64,000 nt of DNA, from NCBI GenBank assembly GCA_028716725.1, contig JAQUPG010000003.1:11512-75511 (forward strand), written 5' to 3'. The number at the start of each line of letters is the position of its first letter. The stretch's first letter is position 1. The stretch comes from Patescibacteria group bacterium (GTDB taxonomy: Bacteria > Patescibacteriota > Patescibacteriia > Patescibacteriales > JAQTRU01). Shown in pieces: positions 16,461 through 25,472 of the stretch. Both the position numbers and the translations under genes were made by a program. The notes under the pieces are model-generated. The model did no database searches. It was not told the origin of the DNA and saw only the letters and a list, made by a program, of their open reading frames with translations.

Positions 16461-17021
16461 ATGAGAAGGAAATGGCAGAAAGCCAAACCAAAAGAAGATA
16501 AAAAAAGATTCTGGGCTAATCGGCAGATTAGAGCCTTGGAAGTTTTTCTAATTGATGAAAACGGGCAGTCCGTCGGCAATGTCCCGACGGAAAAAGCTCT
16601 GGCCATGGCCGAGGAAGCCGGTTTGGATTTGGTTGAAGTTAATCCGAAAGTAAGCCCGCCCGTGGCTAAAATCGTAAATTTGGGCCAGCTTAAGTACGAA
16701 GCGGAAAAAAAGGAGCATAAGCAGAAAATCATGCAGAAAAAAATAGATACTAAGGGCATCCGGCTTTCCGCCAGAATCAGCGAGCATGATTTTGACTTCC
16801 GCCTGGACCAGGGGAAAAAATTCTTAAGCGACGGCGATAAGTTAAAAGTTGAACTGAGCCTAAAGGGCCGGGAAAAACAACATCCGGAAAAAGCCCGGGA
16901 AGTTATAATGGATTTTGTGCAAAAACTTGAAAAAACGGAAGGCTTAAACGTCTTTGCCGAGCAGCCCTTGACAAAACAGGGCGGAAGGTTTACTATAATA
17001 CTAGCCAATAAGAATAATTAA
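16461..17021 (+). CDS. infC: Translation initiation factor IF-3
   Basis: NRQIRALEVFLIDENGQ..G...T..AL..A...GLDLVEV motif, followed by rpmI-rplT. Confidence 0.9.
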   Translation: MRRKWQKAKPKEDKKRFWANRQIRALEVFLIDENGQSVGNVPTEKALAMAEEAGLDLVEVNPKVSPPVAKIVNLGQLKYEAEKKEHKQKIMQKKIDTKGIRLSARISEHDFDFRLDQGKKFLSDGDKLKVELSLKGREKQHPEKAREVIMDFVQKLEKTEGLNVFAEQPLTKQGGRFTIILANKNN

Positions 17022-17064
17022 AAGCTTAAATCAGGCCAATTAAACCTGTTTTTTATTTTTACAT

Positions 17065-17262
17065 ATGCCAAAGATTAAAACCCATAAAGCCACGGCCAAG
17101 CGCTTCATGATAACAAGAAATAAGATAAAACGGAGAAAAGCCGGCCAGGGCCATTTTAATTCCCGGGAACGGGGCAATACTACCCGCAACAAGCGCCGGG
17201 ATATAGAAGCGAGTGAAACCAATATTAAAACTATAAAAAGATTATTGCCCTACCGGAAATAG
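17065..17262 (+). CDS. rpmI: 50S ribosomal protein L35
   Basis: MPKIKTHKATAKRF... in the conserved infC-rpmI-rplT order. Confidence 0.9.
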   Translation: MPKIKTHKATAKRFMITRNKIKRRKAGQGHFNSRERGNTTRNKRRDIEASETNIKTIKRLLPYRK

Positions 17263-17280
17263 TCTTATCTTAAATATTCT

Positions 17281-17625
17281 ATGCCTAGAGTAAAAAGAGG
17301 TGTCGGCCACGTAAAAAAACGCCATACCTTAAGAAAAAAAGTAAAAGGATATAAGTGGGGAAGAAAAAACTGGCTCCGCTTAGCTAAAACCGCCGCCGTT
17401 AAAGCCGGCGCGCATTCTTATGTCGGCCGGAAAAAGGAAAAAAGAGTCCGCCGGAACTTATGGCAGATAAAAATAAACGCCGCCGTCCGCGCCCATGGCC
17501 TTTCCTACTCAAAATTCATCAATTTGCTAAAAACCAATAAAATCGGGCTGGACCGGAAAATTATGGCTGATCTAGCGGAAAATAATCCGGCCATTTTGGA
17601 AAAAATCATAAAAGAGTTAAAATAG
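17281..17625 (+). CDS. rplT: 50S ribosomal protein L20
   Basis: MPRVKRGVGHVKKRH... Confidence 0.9.
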   Translation: MPRVKRGVGHVKKRHTLRKKVKGYKWGRKNWLRLAKTAAVKAGAHSYVGRKKEKRVRRNLWQIKINAAVRAHGLSYSKFINLLKTNKIGLDRKIMADLAENNPAILEKIIKELK

Positions 17626-17629
17626 ATAT

Positions 17630-17842
17630 ATGAAGGCAATGCAAATTATCCAAATCATTATTGCGGTGGCCTTAATGGTCGCCGTCTTACTGCAAAACCG
17701 GGGCGCGGGGCTTTCCGGAGTTTTTGGCGGGAGCAATAACGTCTATCTGGCTAAGCGCGGCTTTGAAAAAAAACTATTTGTGGCAACAATAATACTTTCC
17801 ATAATATTTTTCGCGATCTCTCTCGCGGCTATAATTCTTTAG
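17630..17842 (+). CDS. secG: Preprotein translocase subunit SecG
   Basis: 70 aa with two TM helices and the LLQ..G.GLSGVFGG motif. Confidence 0.75.
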   Translation: MKAMQIIQIIIAVALMVAVLLQNRGAGLSGVFGGSNNVYLAKRGFEKKLFVATIILSIIFFAISLAAIIL

Positions 17843-17871
17843 CCGTTACCATTCTCTAAAATTTTAAACAA

Positions 17872-19812
17872 GTGGACTTGAGAAATAGTAAAATTAGCCG
17901 CTATCTCGAGAAAGCTAAAATCTTTTTGGCTTCTTTTCGTTTTTTATCTAAAGCCGGAAACGGCAATGGTTTTTCCTCCCGCCAAACTGAGCTTGATAAA
18001 AAATTAATTTACTCTCTGGCAAAATCAAAAATTCCTAATTTAAGGCAGCTGAAATATTTAAAAAAATTTTTAAGCCAAAAAGAAAGGGCTTTAATAAACC
18101 TCTGCCTGCTCATTATTTTTATAAACCTTTTTATCCTCGGTTATAATTTTTATAAAGACCATGTCCGGCTTGTGCCGATTGCCGGCGGTGAATATATAGA
18201 AGGCCTTATCGGCGCCCCGAAATATATTAATCCTCTTTACGCCAGTGCCAGCGACGTGGACAGCGACTTTAGCCAGTTTATTTTTTCTTCCCTCTTTAGG
18301 CACGGCCAAAACGGCGAACTGGTTAAGGATTTAGTAACCGACTATGCCGTAAGCGAAGACGGCAAAACCTATACCCTGACTATCCGCGAAGACGGCAAAT
18401 GGCATAACGGTGAAAAAGTCACGACGGAAGATATCGTCTTTACCTTTAACGCCTTAAGTAATTTAAATTATAAATCTCCGTTGCGGCTAAGTTTTTCTGG
18501 AGTCAAAATAGAAAAAGTGGATGAAAAAACCATTAAGTTCAGCCTGACCGAACCTTATGCCGCTTTTCTGGAGCTTCTGACTTTCGGCATTATTCCGGAA
18601 AATCTTTGGCTGCCGATTTCTCCGGAGGCGGCCTCCCTGGCCGAGCTTAACCTTAAGCCGATCGGTTCCGGCCCTTATAAATTCAAATCCTTGACTAAGG
18701 ACAAAAATGGCAATATCAGAAATTACAACTTAATAGTCAATAACGATTATTACGGACTGAAACCGAAACTGGAAACCCTGACTTTTAAATTCTTCTCAAG
18801 TTTTGAAGAGGGAGTATCCGCCCTGAACGAAAACAGCGTCAATGGCTTAAGTTATCTCCCCCCGGCCTTAAAAGACAATCTGGTTTCTAAGGATTCCTTA
18901 AATTTCCATAAACTGAACCAGCCGCAGATTACCGCCGTCTTTCTTAACCAGAAAAATAACCCGGCTCTGGCGGATAAAAAAGTCCGGCAGGCTCTGGCTC
19001 TGGCTTTAAGCAAAAGCGAAATCGTTTCCTCGGTTTTCGGGGAAGATGCCTATCTGATTGACGGCCCGATCCTCCCGAGTAGTTTCGCCTATGACCAGGA
19101 AATGAAAAAGTATAAATTCAGCCCGGAAGAAGCGGATAAGCTCTTAACGGAAGCCGGCTGGATAAAAACGGACCTAACCGCCGAAGAAATTGAAAAAGCC
19201 AAAGCCGACGGAGAATCGACGGATGAAAAGATAAAAACCGAAGCGGAGGCTAAACTGGCTCAGGGTGCCGGCAACTGGCGGAAAAAGGACAACAAATACT
19301 TAGCTATAACTTTAACTACGGTAGGAACGGAAAATAATATTAAAATTACCGAGAAAATAAAAAGCTTCTGGGAAAAAGCCGGAGTTAAAACCAATTTAAA
19401 CATAACTCCGGTAAGCCAGATCCAGGCCGAAGTGATAAAGCCGAAAAATTATGAAGCCCTGCTTTACGGCCAGGTCGTCGGCAACGACCCCGATGTTTAT
19501 ACTTTCTGGCATTCTTCTCAAGCCGGAGAAAACGGCTCCAACCTGGCTAACTATACTAATAAAGAAATAGACCAACTCCTTGAAGACGCCCGCCTGGCCC
19601 AAAATAAGGAGCAAAGAATTGAAAAATACAAAAAATTCCAGGAGATTATGGCCGAAGAGGCGCCGGCAATATTTTTATACTCGCCTTATTATATTTACGC
19701 CCAAAGCAAAAAGATTAAGGGATTTGACGTAAAAAATATTTTAACCCCGAGCAATCGCTTCGCCAATATTTCCGACTGGTACATAAAAACCGGCAAACGC
19801 CTAATCTGGTAA
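17872..19812 (+). CDS. ABC transporter substrate-binding protein, family 5 (peptide/nickel type), membrane-anchored
   Basis: 646 aa with a GTG start, an N-terminal TM helix, and an SBP_bac_5-like core (GPYKFKS..., DPDVYTFWHSSQ). Confidence 0.75.
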   Translation: MDLRNSKISRYLEKAKIFLASFRFLSKAGNGNGFSSRQTELDKKLIYSLAKSKIPNLRQLKYLKKFLSQKERALINLCLLIIFINLFILGYNFYKDHVRLVPIAGGEYIEGLIGAPKYINPLYASASDVDSDFSQFIFSSLFRHGQNGELVKDLVTDYAVSEDGKTYTLTIREDGKWHNGEKVTTEDIVFTFNALSNLNYKSPLRLSFSGVKIEKVDEKTIKFSLTEPYAAFLELLTFGIIPENLWLPISPEAASLAELNLKPIGSGPYKFKSLTKDKNGNIRNYNLIVNNDYYGLKPKLETLTFKFFSSFEEGVSALNENSVNGLSYLPPALKDNLVSKDSLNFHKLNQPQITAVFLNQKNNPALADKKVRQALALALSKSEIVSSVFGEDAYLIDGPILPSSFAYDQEMKKYKFSPEEADKLLTEAGWIKTDLTAEEIEKAKADGESTDEKIKTEAEAKLAQGAGNWRKKDNKYLAITLTTVGTENNIKITEKIKSFWEKAGVKTNLNITPVSQIQAEVIKPKNYEALLYGQVVGNDPDVYTFWHSSQAGENGSNLANYTNKEIDQLLEDARLAQNKEQRIEKYKKFQEIMAEEAPAIFLYSPYYIYAQSKKIKGFDVKNILTPSNRFANISDWYIKTGKRLIW

Positions 19813-19948
19813 CCCCTAAAAAATTAAAATTAAAAAATCAAAATGTAAAATTAAGGTGTCGCTATCGCGACAGATTTATTAAATAAATCTATGAGCGAAG
19901 CGAATACAATAATTTTGATTTTTGATTTTTACATTTTTCATTCTTAAG

Positions 19949-20035
19949 GCCGAAGTGGTGGAATTGGTAGACACGCAGCGTTCAGAGCGCTGTGGGGGCA
20001 ACTCCGTGGAGGTTCAAATCCTCTCTTCGGCACCA
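19949..20035 (+). tRNA. tRNA-Leu(CAG), type II, CCA encoded
   Basis: Acceptor GCCGAAG/CTTCGGC, anticodon arm CAGCG-TTCAGAG-CGCTG, long variable arm. Confidence 0.9.
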
Positions 20036-20179
20036 TGAGATTTTACCTGCCTACCGGCAAGCAGGGATTTAAAATTTTAGATTTAAAAAATATAATCTCT
20101 CTCTATAATTAATAATTTAAAAAATTAATTGATAACTGTTCCACCAACTGGTGGATAGTTAACCGTTAATTACTGAAAC

Positions 20180-21991
20180 ATGATTACAAGATACAAATCG
20201 TCTTTCCCCCCGGCTACTCGGCCGCAAGGAAAGACAAAAAAAAGAAACCGGCCCGCTGCCCGCAGCCAGGCTAAATTTAGTCCTGGTTTCACTAAAGTCC
20301 AGCCGACAGATTTAAGAGGAAAATTAAGAATTATGGTTTTGGGCGGCCTGGAAGAGGTCGGCCGGAATATGACGGTCCTGGAAAACGGCGATGACATCAT
20401 AATTGTTGATATGGGCCTGCAGTTTCCAGAAGAAGATATGCTGGGCATTGATTATATCATTCCCAACATCTCCTATCTGGAAGGGAAATCCGATAAAATC
20501 CGAGGTGTTATTATCACCCATGGCCATTATGACCATATCGGCGCCATTCCCCATTTAATGGCGAAACTCGGCAATCCCCCGATTTACACCGGGGCTTTAA
20601 CCGCCGGCCTGATTGGTAAGCGCCAAGTTGAATTCCGCCAGGCCCCGAAATTAAATATGGTCTTAGTTAATGAAAATTCGGAAATAAAGTTGGGCAAAGA
20701 ATTCCGGGTTAAATTCCTGCGCATAAACCATTCTATCCCGGACTGCTTCGCGGTTATTGTTGAAACTTCCCTGGGCACTATCATCCACACCGGCGACTTT
20801 AAGATTGATTATTCGCCCGTAAATGACAAACCGGCGGACTTAAACCGGATCGCCCAAATAGGAGGCCGGGGCGTCCTGCTTCTTTTGTCCGACTCGACCG
20901 ACTCAACTCATCCCGGCTACCAGATATCCGAGTCTTCCATCGGCGATGAAATGGATAAAATTTTTGAAAAAATTGAAGGCCGGATTATTATCGGCACCTT
21001 TGCTTCCCAGTTAAGCCGGGTCCAGAAGATATTTGACTTGGCGGAAAAATATGATAGAAAAATTTATCTGCAGGGCCGGTCTATGAATAATAACGTAGAA
21101 ATCGCCCACCAGATCGGCTACCTCAAATTTAATCCTAAAATTCTGATTAACGACGCAGATTTAAAGCACCTACCTGATAATAAAATCCTTATCATCGGCA
21201 CCGGCGCCCAGGGAGAGAGTAACGCTTTTCTTTCCCGGGTAGTAAACGGCGAACACCGGGTTATAAGCTTAAAGCCCGGGGACACGGTAATTTTTTCTTC
21301 TTCCGTCATTCCGGGGAATGAAAGAACTATCCAGACCCTACGGGATATGATGGTTAGGCAGGGAGCGAACGTCATTAATTACGAAATGATGGATATCCAT
21401 GCCGGCGGCCATGCCAAGCAGGAAGATTTAAAGCTGATGATGCGTCTTCTTAAACCGAAATATATTATGCCGATTGAAGGCAACCATTATATGCTCCGGG
21501 CGCATGCCCAGCTGGCCGAACAGGTCGGCTTGTCTAAAGATCATATCCTAGTGGCTGACAACGGCCAGGTCGTGGAATTCAGGAAAGAAGGCGGAGAAGT
21601 CCGGGGAATTTTAACTAAAGAAAAAGTCCCGACTGACTACGTTATGGTTGACGGCCTGGGCGTAGGTGACGTTTCCAATATCGTCCTGCGTGATCGGCGC
21701 ATGATGGCGGAGGATGGCATGATTGTAGTTATCGCCACCATTGATTCCAAAACCGGAGACACAATCGGCAACCCGGATATAATTTCCCGCGGTTTTGTTT
21801 ATATGAAAGAAAACCGCGAACTGATAGAAAAAACCCGGATGAAAGTAAAAAAACTGGTAAAAGACCATAACCAAAAAACGCCGGCTGACGATGAATACAT
21901 TAAAAATAAAATCAGAAATGATATCAGCCAGTTCCTGTTCAGCCAGACCAAGCGCCGGCCCATGGTCCTGCCGGTAATAATCAAAGTCTAA
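20180..21991 (+). CDS. rnj: Ribonuclease J
   Basis: Metallo-beta-lactamase HGHYDHIG motif plus beta-CASP and a C-terminal domain. There is a basic ~45-aa N-terminal extension. Confidence 0.9.
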   Translation: MITRYKSSFPPATRPQGKTKKRNRPAARSQAKFSPGFTKVQPTDLRGKLRIMVLGGLEEVGRNMTVLENGDDIIIVDMGLQFPEEDMLGIDYIIPNISYLEGKSDKIRGVIITHGHYDHIGAIPHLMAKLGNPPIYTGALTAGLIGKRQVEFRQAPKLNMVLVNENSEIKLGKEFRVKFLRINHSIPDCFAVIVETSLGTIIHTGDFKIDYSPVNDKPADLNRIAQIGGRGVLLLLSDSTDSTHPGYQISESSIGDEMDKIFEKIEGRIIIGTFASQLSRVQKIFDLAEKYDRKIYLQGRSMNNNVEIAHQIGYLKFNPKILINDADLKHLPDNKILIIGTGAQGESNAFLSRVVNGEHRVISLKPGDTVIFSSSVIPGNERTIQTLRDMMVRQGANVINYEMMDIHAGGHAKQEDLKLMMRLLKPKYIMPIEGNHYMLRAHAQLAEQVGLSKDHILVADNGQVVEFRKEGGEVRGILTKEKVPTDYVMVDGLGVGDVSNIVLRDRRMMAEDGMIVVIATIDSKTGDTIGNPDIISRGFVYMKENRELIEKTRMKVKKLVKDHNQKTPADDEYIKNKIRNDISQFLFSQTKRRPMVLPVIIKV

Positions 21992-22056
21992 TACCTCACC
22001 CCCGACCCCTCTCCTAATTAGGAGAGGGGAGGAGCGATAGCGACGGGGTGAGGTAC
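21992..22056. repeat. Composite GC-rich hairpin module abutting the rnj stop
   Basis: Outer stem tacctcacccc/ggggtgaggta and inner stem cccctctcc-taatta-ggagagggg. Confidence 0.75.
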
Positions 22057-22088
22057 AAAAAAGGCAGGCGAGTCGCCTGCCTTTTTTT
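22056..22088. terminator. Bidirectional intrinsic terminator
   Basis: AAAAAA-GGCAGGCG-agt-CGCCTGCC-TTTTTTT between convergent genes. Confidence 0.85.
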
Positions 22089-22103
22089 ATTTAAAATAAT
22101 TTT

Positions 22104-22316
22104 TTAGGAAGCAAATCCTTCTTCCACCTCTTCCCACATGTCTAATAACTGGTCTTCCATAAATTCAAGATTGTCATCATCGGTCAGTTTGCCTTTTTCC
22201 TCAAAATAATCAATCGTCTCTTCCACGAATTGCTTATAAGCCTCGCGGTCAAAAGCGCCCTGCTCTTTCATTTTCTTTTTCACCAGACTTAAAATTTCAT
22301 ATATTGTCTCGTCCAT
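22104..22316 (-). CDS. Hypothetical small acidic protein
   Basis: 70-aa ORF ending just before the terminator. No family recognised. Confidence 0.5.
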   Translation of the reverse strand: MDETIYEILSLVKKKMKEQGAFDREAYKQFVEETIDYFEEKGKLTDDDNLEFMEDQLLDMWEEVEEGFAS

Positions 22317-22387
22317 ATTTTTAACGCTAAAAATAAACTCTCCCTGATTTTATTATAATATATCGATAAAAACAGTCAACCATTAAA

Positions 22388-22502
22388 AATAACCAATAAC
22401 CAAGAAACAATAATCAAACAAATCATAATAACAAATAATCAAATTGTTTGGTTATTAAAGTTTAGTTATTGGTTATTGTTTGGAATTTGGTTATTGGTTA
22501 TT
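22388..22502. repeat. Inverted heptamer-word array (ATAACCA / TGGTTAT)
   Basis: The 16-bp perfect termini are aataaccaataaccaa (22388-22403) and ttggttattggttatt (22487-22502). Confidence 0.8.
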
Positions 22503-22514
22503 AAAAATATTTGG

Positions 22515-22543
22515 TTGACCGAAACCCTTAAAAATGTTAATAT
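22515..22543 (+). promoter_or_regulatory. Sigma70-type promoter
   Basis: TTGACC, 17 nt, TAATAT(AAT). Confidence 0.45.
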
Positions 22544-22626
22544 AATTTTAGTTTCTTAAAATCATAAACAACTAAAGGTTAAATCATATCTACAGGAAAA
22601 ATGGGATAAAAATAAAAAAAATATCA

Positions 22627-23967
22627 GTGGATTTACTGATCTTCCTCATTAAATTCCTGATCTTTCTAAAGAGGTTGATAGCCGCTTTTTTTATTATTGT
22701 CTTTAAACCGACCCGGGCCATCCTGCGTTTTGGTTTTTATCAAGTTATTGTCAGGGCCTACAGTTTCTATCTTTCCTTAAGCAAAAGGCTGGGCTGGGCG
22801 AGGCAGGGTAAAAATTCTTTTGTCGCTTTCTCGGCTAAAAGGCTCACCCAGATTTCTGTCGCCGGCCTGGTCTTAATTACCGCTTTTATTAATCTGACCG
22901 GGCAAACAAAAGCCGGAGTGATGTCGGAAAGAGCCCGCGAAACCATTATGGCCTCCCTGGTGCAAAGCGAATTCGGCGATATGAGCGCGAACGAGCTGAT
23001 TGAAGAGTTCGCCGACGAAACCGGCGCGCCCGAGCCGGTCCAGCAATCCTATCTTGATAATTCCGCAACTTTAAAAAGCGGACCGCAGGCTATGATAACA
23101 GCCCCGGATGAAATTGAACGGGAGGAAAATATTGCCGCGGTTACCCAGGAAGGTTCAGCTCTGGTTAAGCGGGAGATAGCCTCAACAGCCAGGAGCAAAA
23201 AGCCCCGTTCGGAAATTATCTCTTACGCCGTTAAGCCGGGCGATTCGGTCTCAACGATTGCCGAGGAATTCGATGTCAGCGTCAACACCATTCTTTGGGA
23301 AAATAATCTAAGCGCCTATAGCCTTATCCGGCCGGGACAAAACCTGTCCATCCTGCCGACAACGGGCGTAACTTACAAGGTCACCAAAGGAGAAAACTTG
23401 GGCGCGATCGCTAAAAAATACGGGGTAGAAGAAATAAAAATTCTTGAAGCCAATAATCTGGCTATCACGGATAAATTAGCCGTCGGCCAAAAATTAATTA
23501 TCCCCGGCGGCCGCCAGATTACTTATGTTATGTCTACGACTTCCACTTATTCCGGCCTCTCTGCCTTAAGAGACTTAATTGCCCCGCCCGGAGCCACGCC
23601 GGCAGTCAATAAGATGAACTGGCCCACGGTTGGTTCGCGCATAACCCAGTATTTCTCCTGGCGCCATTACGCTATTGATATCGCCAATAAAATCGGCACT
23701 CCGATTTACGCGGCTGATGCCGGTACGATCGAATTCGCCGGCTGGTCAACCGGTTATGGCAATAATATCGTCATTAATCACGGCGGCGGCAAAAAAACCA
23801 GATACGCCCATCTGTCCAAATTCTACGTTGGGAAGGGCGATAAGGTCGGCAAAGGCGATACGATCGGGGCGATGGGTTCAACCGGCTGGTCTACCGGGCC
23901 GCATCTTCATTTTGAAGTTATCATCAACGGCCGCCAATATAATCCATTAAATTACGTCAGCCCTTAA
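22627..23967 (+). CDS. LysM-domain M23 peptidoglycan endopeptidase
   Basis: N-terminal TM helix, two LysM repeats (YAVKPGDSVSTIAEEF; YKVTKGENLGAIAKKY) and an M23 HxxxD...HLHFEV motif. Confidence 0.85.
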   Translation: MDLLIFLIKFLIFLKRLIAAFFIIVFKPTRAILRFGFYQVIVRAYSFYLSLSKRLGWARQGKNSFVAFSAKRLTQISVAGLVLITAFINLTGQTKAGVMSERARETIMASLVQSEFGDMSANELIEEFADETGAPEPVQQSYLDNSATLKSGPQAMITAPDEIEREENIAAVTQEGSALVKREIASTARSKKPRSEIISYAVKPGDSVSTIAEEFDVSVNTILWENNLSAYSLIRPGQNLSILPTTGVTYKVTKGENLGAIAKKYGVEEIKILEANNLAITDKLAVGQKLIIPGGRQITYVMSTTSTYSGLSALRDLIAPPGATPAVNKMNWPTVGSRITQYFSWRHYAIDIANKIGTPIYAADAGTIEFAGWSTGYGNNIVINHGGGKKTRYAHLSKFYVGKGDKVGKGDTIGAMGSTGWSTGPHLHFEVIINGRQYNPLNYVSP

Positions 23968-24047
23968 CCTTTTCTTGTTTATAAAGATCTAGAAAGTTGT
24001 TATTATAAAATAATATTTAAATTTAAATATTTGTAAATTAGAAATAT

Positions 24048-24308
24048 ATGGGACATTTTATTTTAGGCATCGTCATCATCATGGTCGGCGCGTTAATCGT
24101 CATAAAATCAGAAGGTATGCTTTCTACTTTCGGCCGGATCGGGTTTTTTGAAAATCATTTTGGCGTGGAAGGAGGCTCGCGCCTCGGCTACAAAATTATT
24201 GGCGCCTTGACAATCTTTCTCGGCCTGCTTATTATGACTAACATGATCGGCGGCTTTATGATGTGGGTTCTATCGCCCCTGCTGAAATACAACCAACCGG
24301 GGAAATGA
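24048..24308 (+). CDS. Small integral membrane protein, hypothetical
   Basis: 86 aa with three hydrophobic helices. Confidence 0.5.
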   Translation: MGHFILGIVIIMVGALIVIKSEGMLSTFGRIGFFENHFGVEGGSRLGYKIIGALTIFLGLLIMTNMIGGFMMWVLSPLLKYNQPGK

Positions 24309-24394
24309 CAGTTAACAGTTGACCATTAACAATTAATAAATATCTAAAAGCTAAAGGTTAACTGTCAATTGTTAAGAGTTAATTGTTAATATCC

Positions 24395-24470
24395 GGGCCA
24401 GTAGCTCATCTGGTAGAGCACCTGCTTTGCAAGCAGGGGGTGGCAGGTTCGAGTCCTGTCTGGTCCACCA
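24395..24470 (+). tRNA. tRNA-Ala(TGC), CCA encoded
   Basis: Acceptor GGGCCAG/CTGGTCC with G3:U70, anticodon loop TTTGCAA. Confidence 0.9.
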
Positions 24471-24553
24471 CTTCGGATTTCAGATATCAGATTTCGGGTT
24501 GTAGATTTAGAACTTAAATCATCCCCTAATTTAATAATTAACAAAATAATCTT

Positions 24554-24769
24554 ATGAAAAAAAACAAAACCAAACAAACCGCGGAAATGGTAAAAGATGA
24601 ATTAAAACAAGCTTATGGAAAATTAACGGAGACAGTTGACTGGGCGCAAAAAAAGTACAATAAATTGGATAATAAAACTAAAAAACAGATAACGGCCGGC
24701 CTTATTGGGGCGGCGGCTTTAATTGCCGGAGCAATCGGAGCTAAAAAAATGATGAAGAGGAAGAAATAA
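24554..24769 (+). CDS. Small lysine-rich protein with a C-terminal TM helix, hypothetical
   Basis: 71-aa ORF with ITAGLIGAAALIAGAIGA near the C-terminus. Confidence 0.45.
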   Translation: MKKNKTKQTAEMVKDELKQAYGKLTETVDWAQKKYNKLDNKTKKQITAGLIGAAALIAGAIGAKKMMKRKK

Positions 24770-24803
24770 CAGCCGTTGATATAAAAAATCTAAAAATAAA
24801 ACT

Positions 24804-25199
24804 ATGCAAAATTACGAATGGTACCAGCAATTAACCAAACCGTCCTGGTCCCCGCCCGCCTATGTTTTCGGGCCGGTCTGGACTTTTCTTTATATTTTAA
24901 TGGCCGTCTCCTTCGGAAAAGTTTTTTTAATGGCTTGGCAAAAGCAAATCGCATTTATTGTCGCCCTGCCTTTCGCCTTGAATCTGATTTTTAACCTGGC
25001 TTTTACCCCCATCCAGTTCGGGCTTAAAAATAATCTTCTGGCCTCCCTTGATATTCTTCTGATTTTATCTACCCTTGTCTGGGCCATGATTGCTATTTAC
25101 CCGCACGCCCGCTGGATTACCTATATTCAGATTCCCTATCTGATTTGGGTCGCTTTTGCCACCGTTCTGCAGCTGACCGTTACTTTTTTAAACAGATAG
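24804..25199 (+). CDS. tspO: TspO/MBR family tryptophan-rich sensory protein
   Basis: WYQQLTKPSWSPPAYVFGPVWTFLY signature and 4-5 TM helices. Confidence 0.8.
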   Translation: MQNYEWYQQLTKPSWSPPAYVFGPVWTFLYILMAVSFGKVFLMAWQKQIAFIVALPFALNLIFNLAFTPIQFGLKNNLLASLDILLILSTLVWAMIAIYPHARWITYIQIPYLIWVAFATVLQLTVTFLNR

Positions 25200-25226
25200 C
25201 CTAAAAACAAAGAATAAATAAATTTT

Positions 25227-25418
25227 ATGGACGGAACTAACCGAGACAATATTAAACCGGGCCTGCGTGTCGCTATCGTTCAAAAACAAAATCAGGGAAC
25301 CGGAGAATTAACTGAAGGCGTCGTGGCTGATATTTTGACTAATTCGCCTTTCCACCCTCGGGGCATAAAAGTGCGTTTGGAAACCGGGGAAGTCGGCCGA
25401 GTGCAAATTATTAAATAA
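25227..25418 (+). CDS. YwbE-family small protein (DUF2196)
   Basis: I.PG..V.IV.K.NQ.TG.LTEG.V..ILT.S..HP.GIKVRL..G.VGRV pattern. Confidence 0.7.
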   Translation: MDGTNRDNIKPGLRVAIVQKQNQGTGELTEGVVADILTNSPFHPRGIKVRLETGEVGRVQIIK

Positions 25419-25424
25419 TCCCAT

Positions 25425-25456
25425 AAAAAACACTTCCGGAAAGAAGTGTTTTTTTG
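25425..25456. terminator. Bidirectional intrinsic terminator
   Basis: AAAAAACACTTC-cggaaa-GAAGTGTTTTTTT between convergent genes. Confidence 0.8.
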
Positions 25457-25472
25457 TTTTATTTTAATACTT

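Noticed and set aside
16451-17008. 185-aa ORF on the minus strand, antisense to infC. Similar long antisense ORFs occur at 8137-8706 (nusA), 53294-53671 (bactofilin), 59620-60150 and 60160-60624 (infB), and 26086-26301 (poly-Val opposite the poly-Thr linker).
   Set aside because: These are shadow frames of confidently identified genes. They have low-complexity or Ser/Pro/Phe-rich composition, no start context and no family resemblance.
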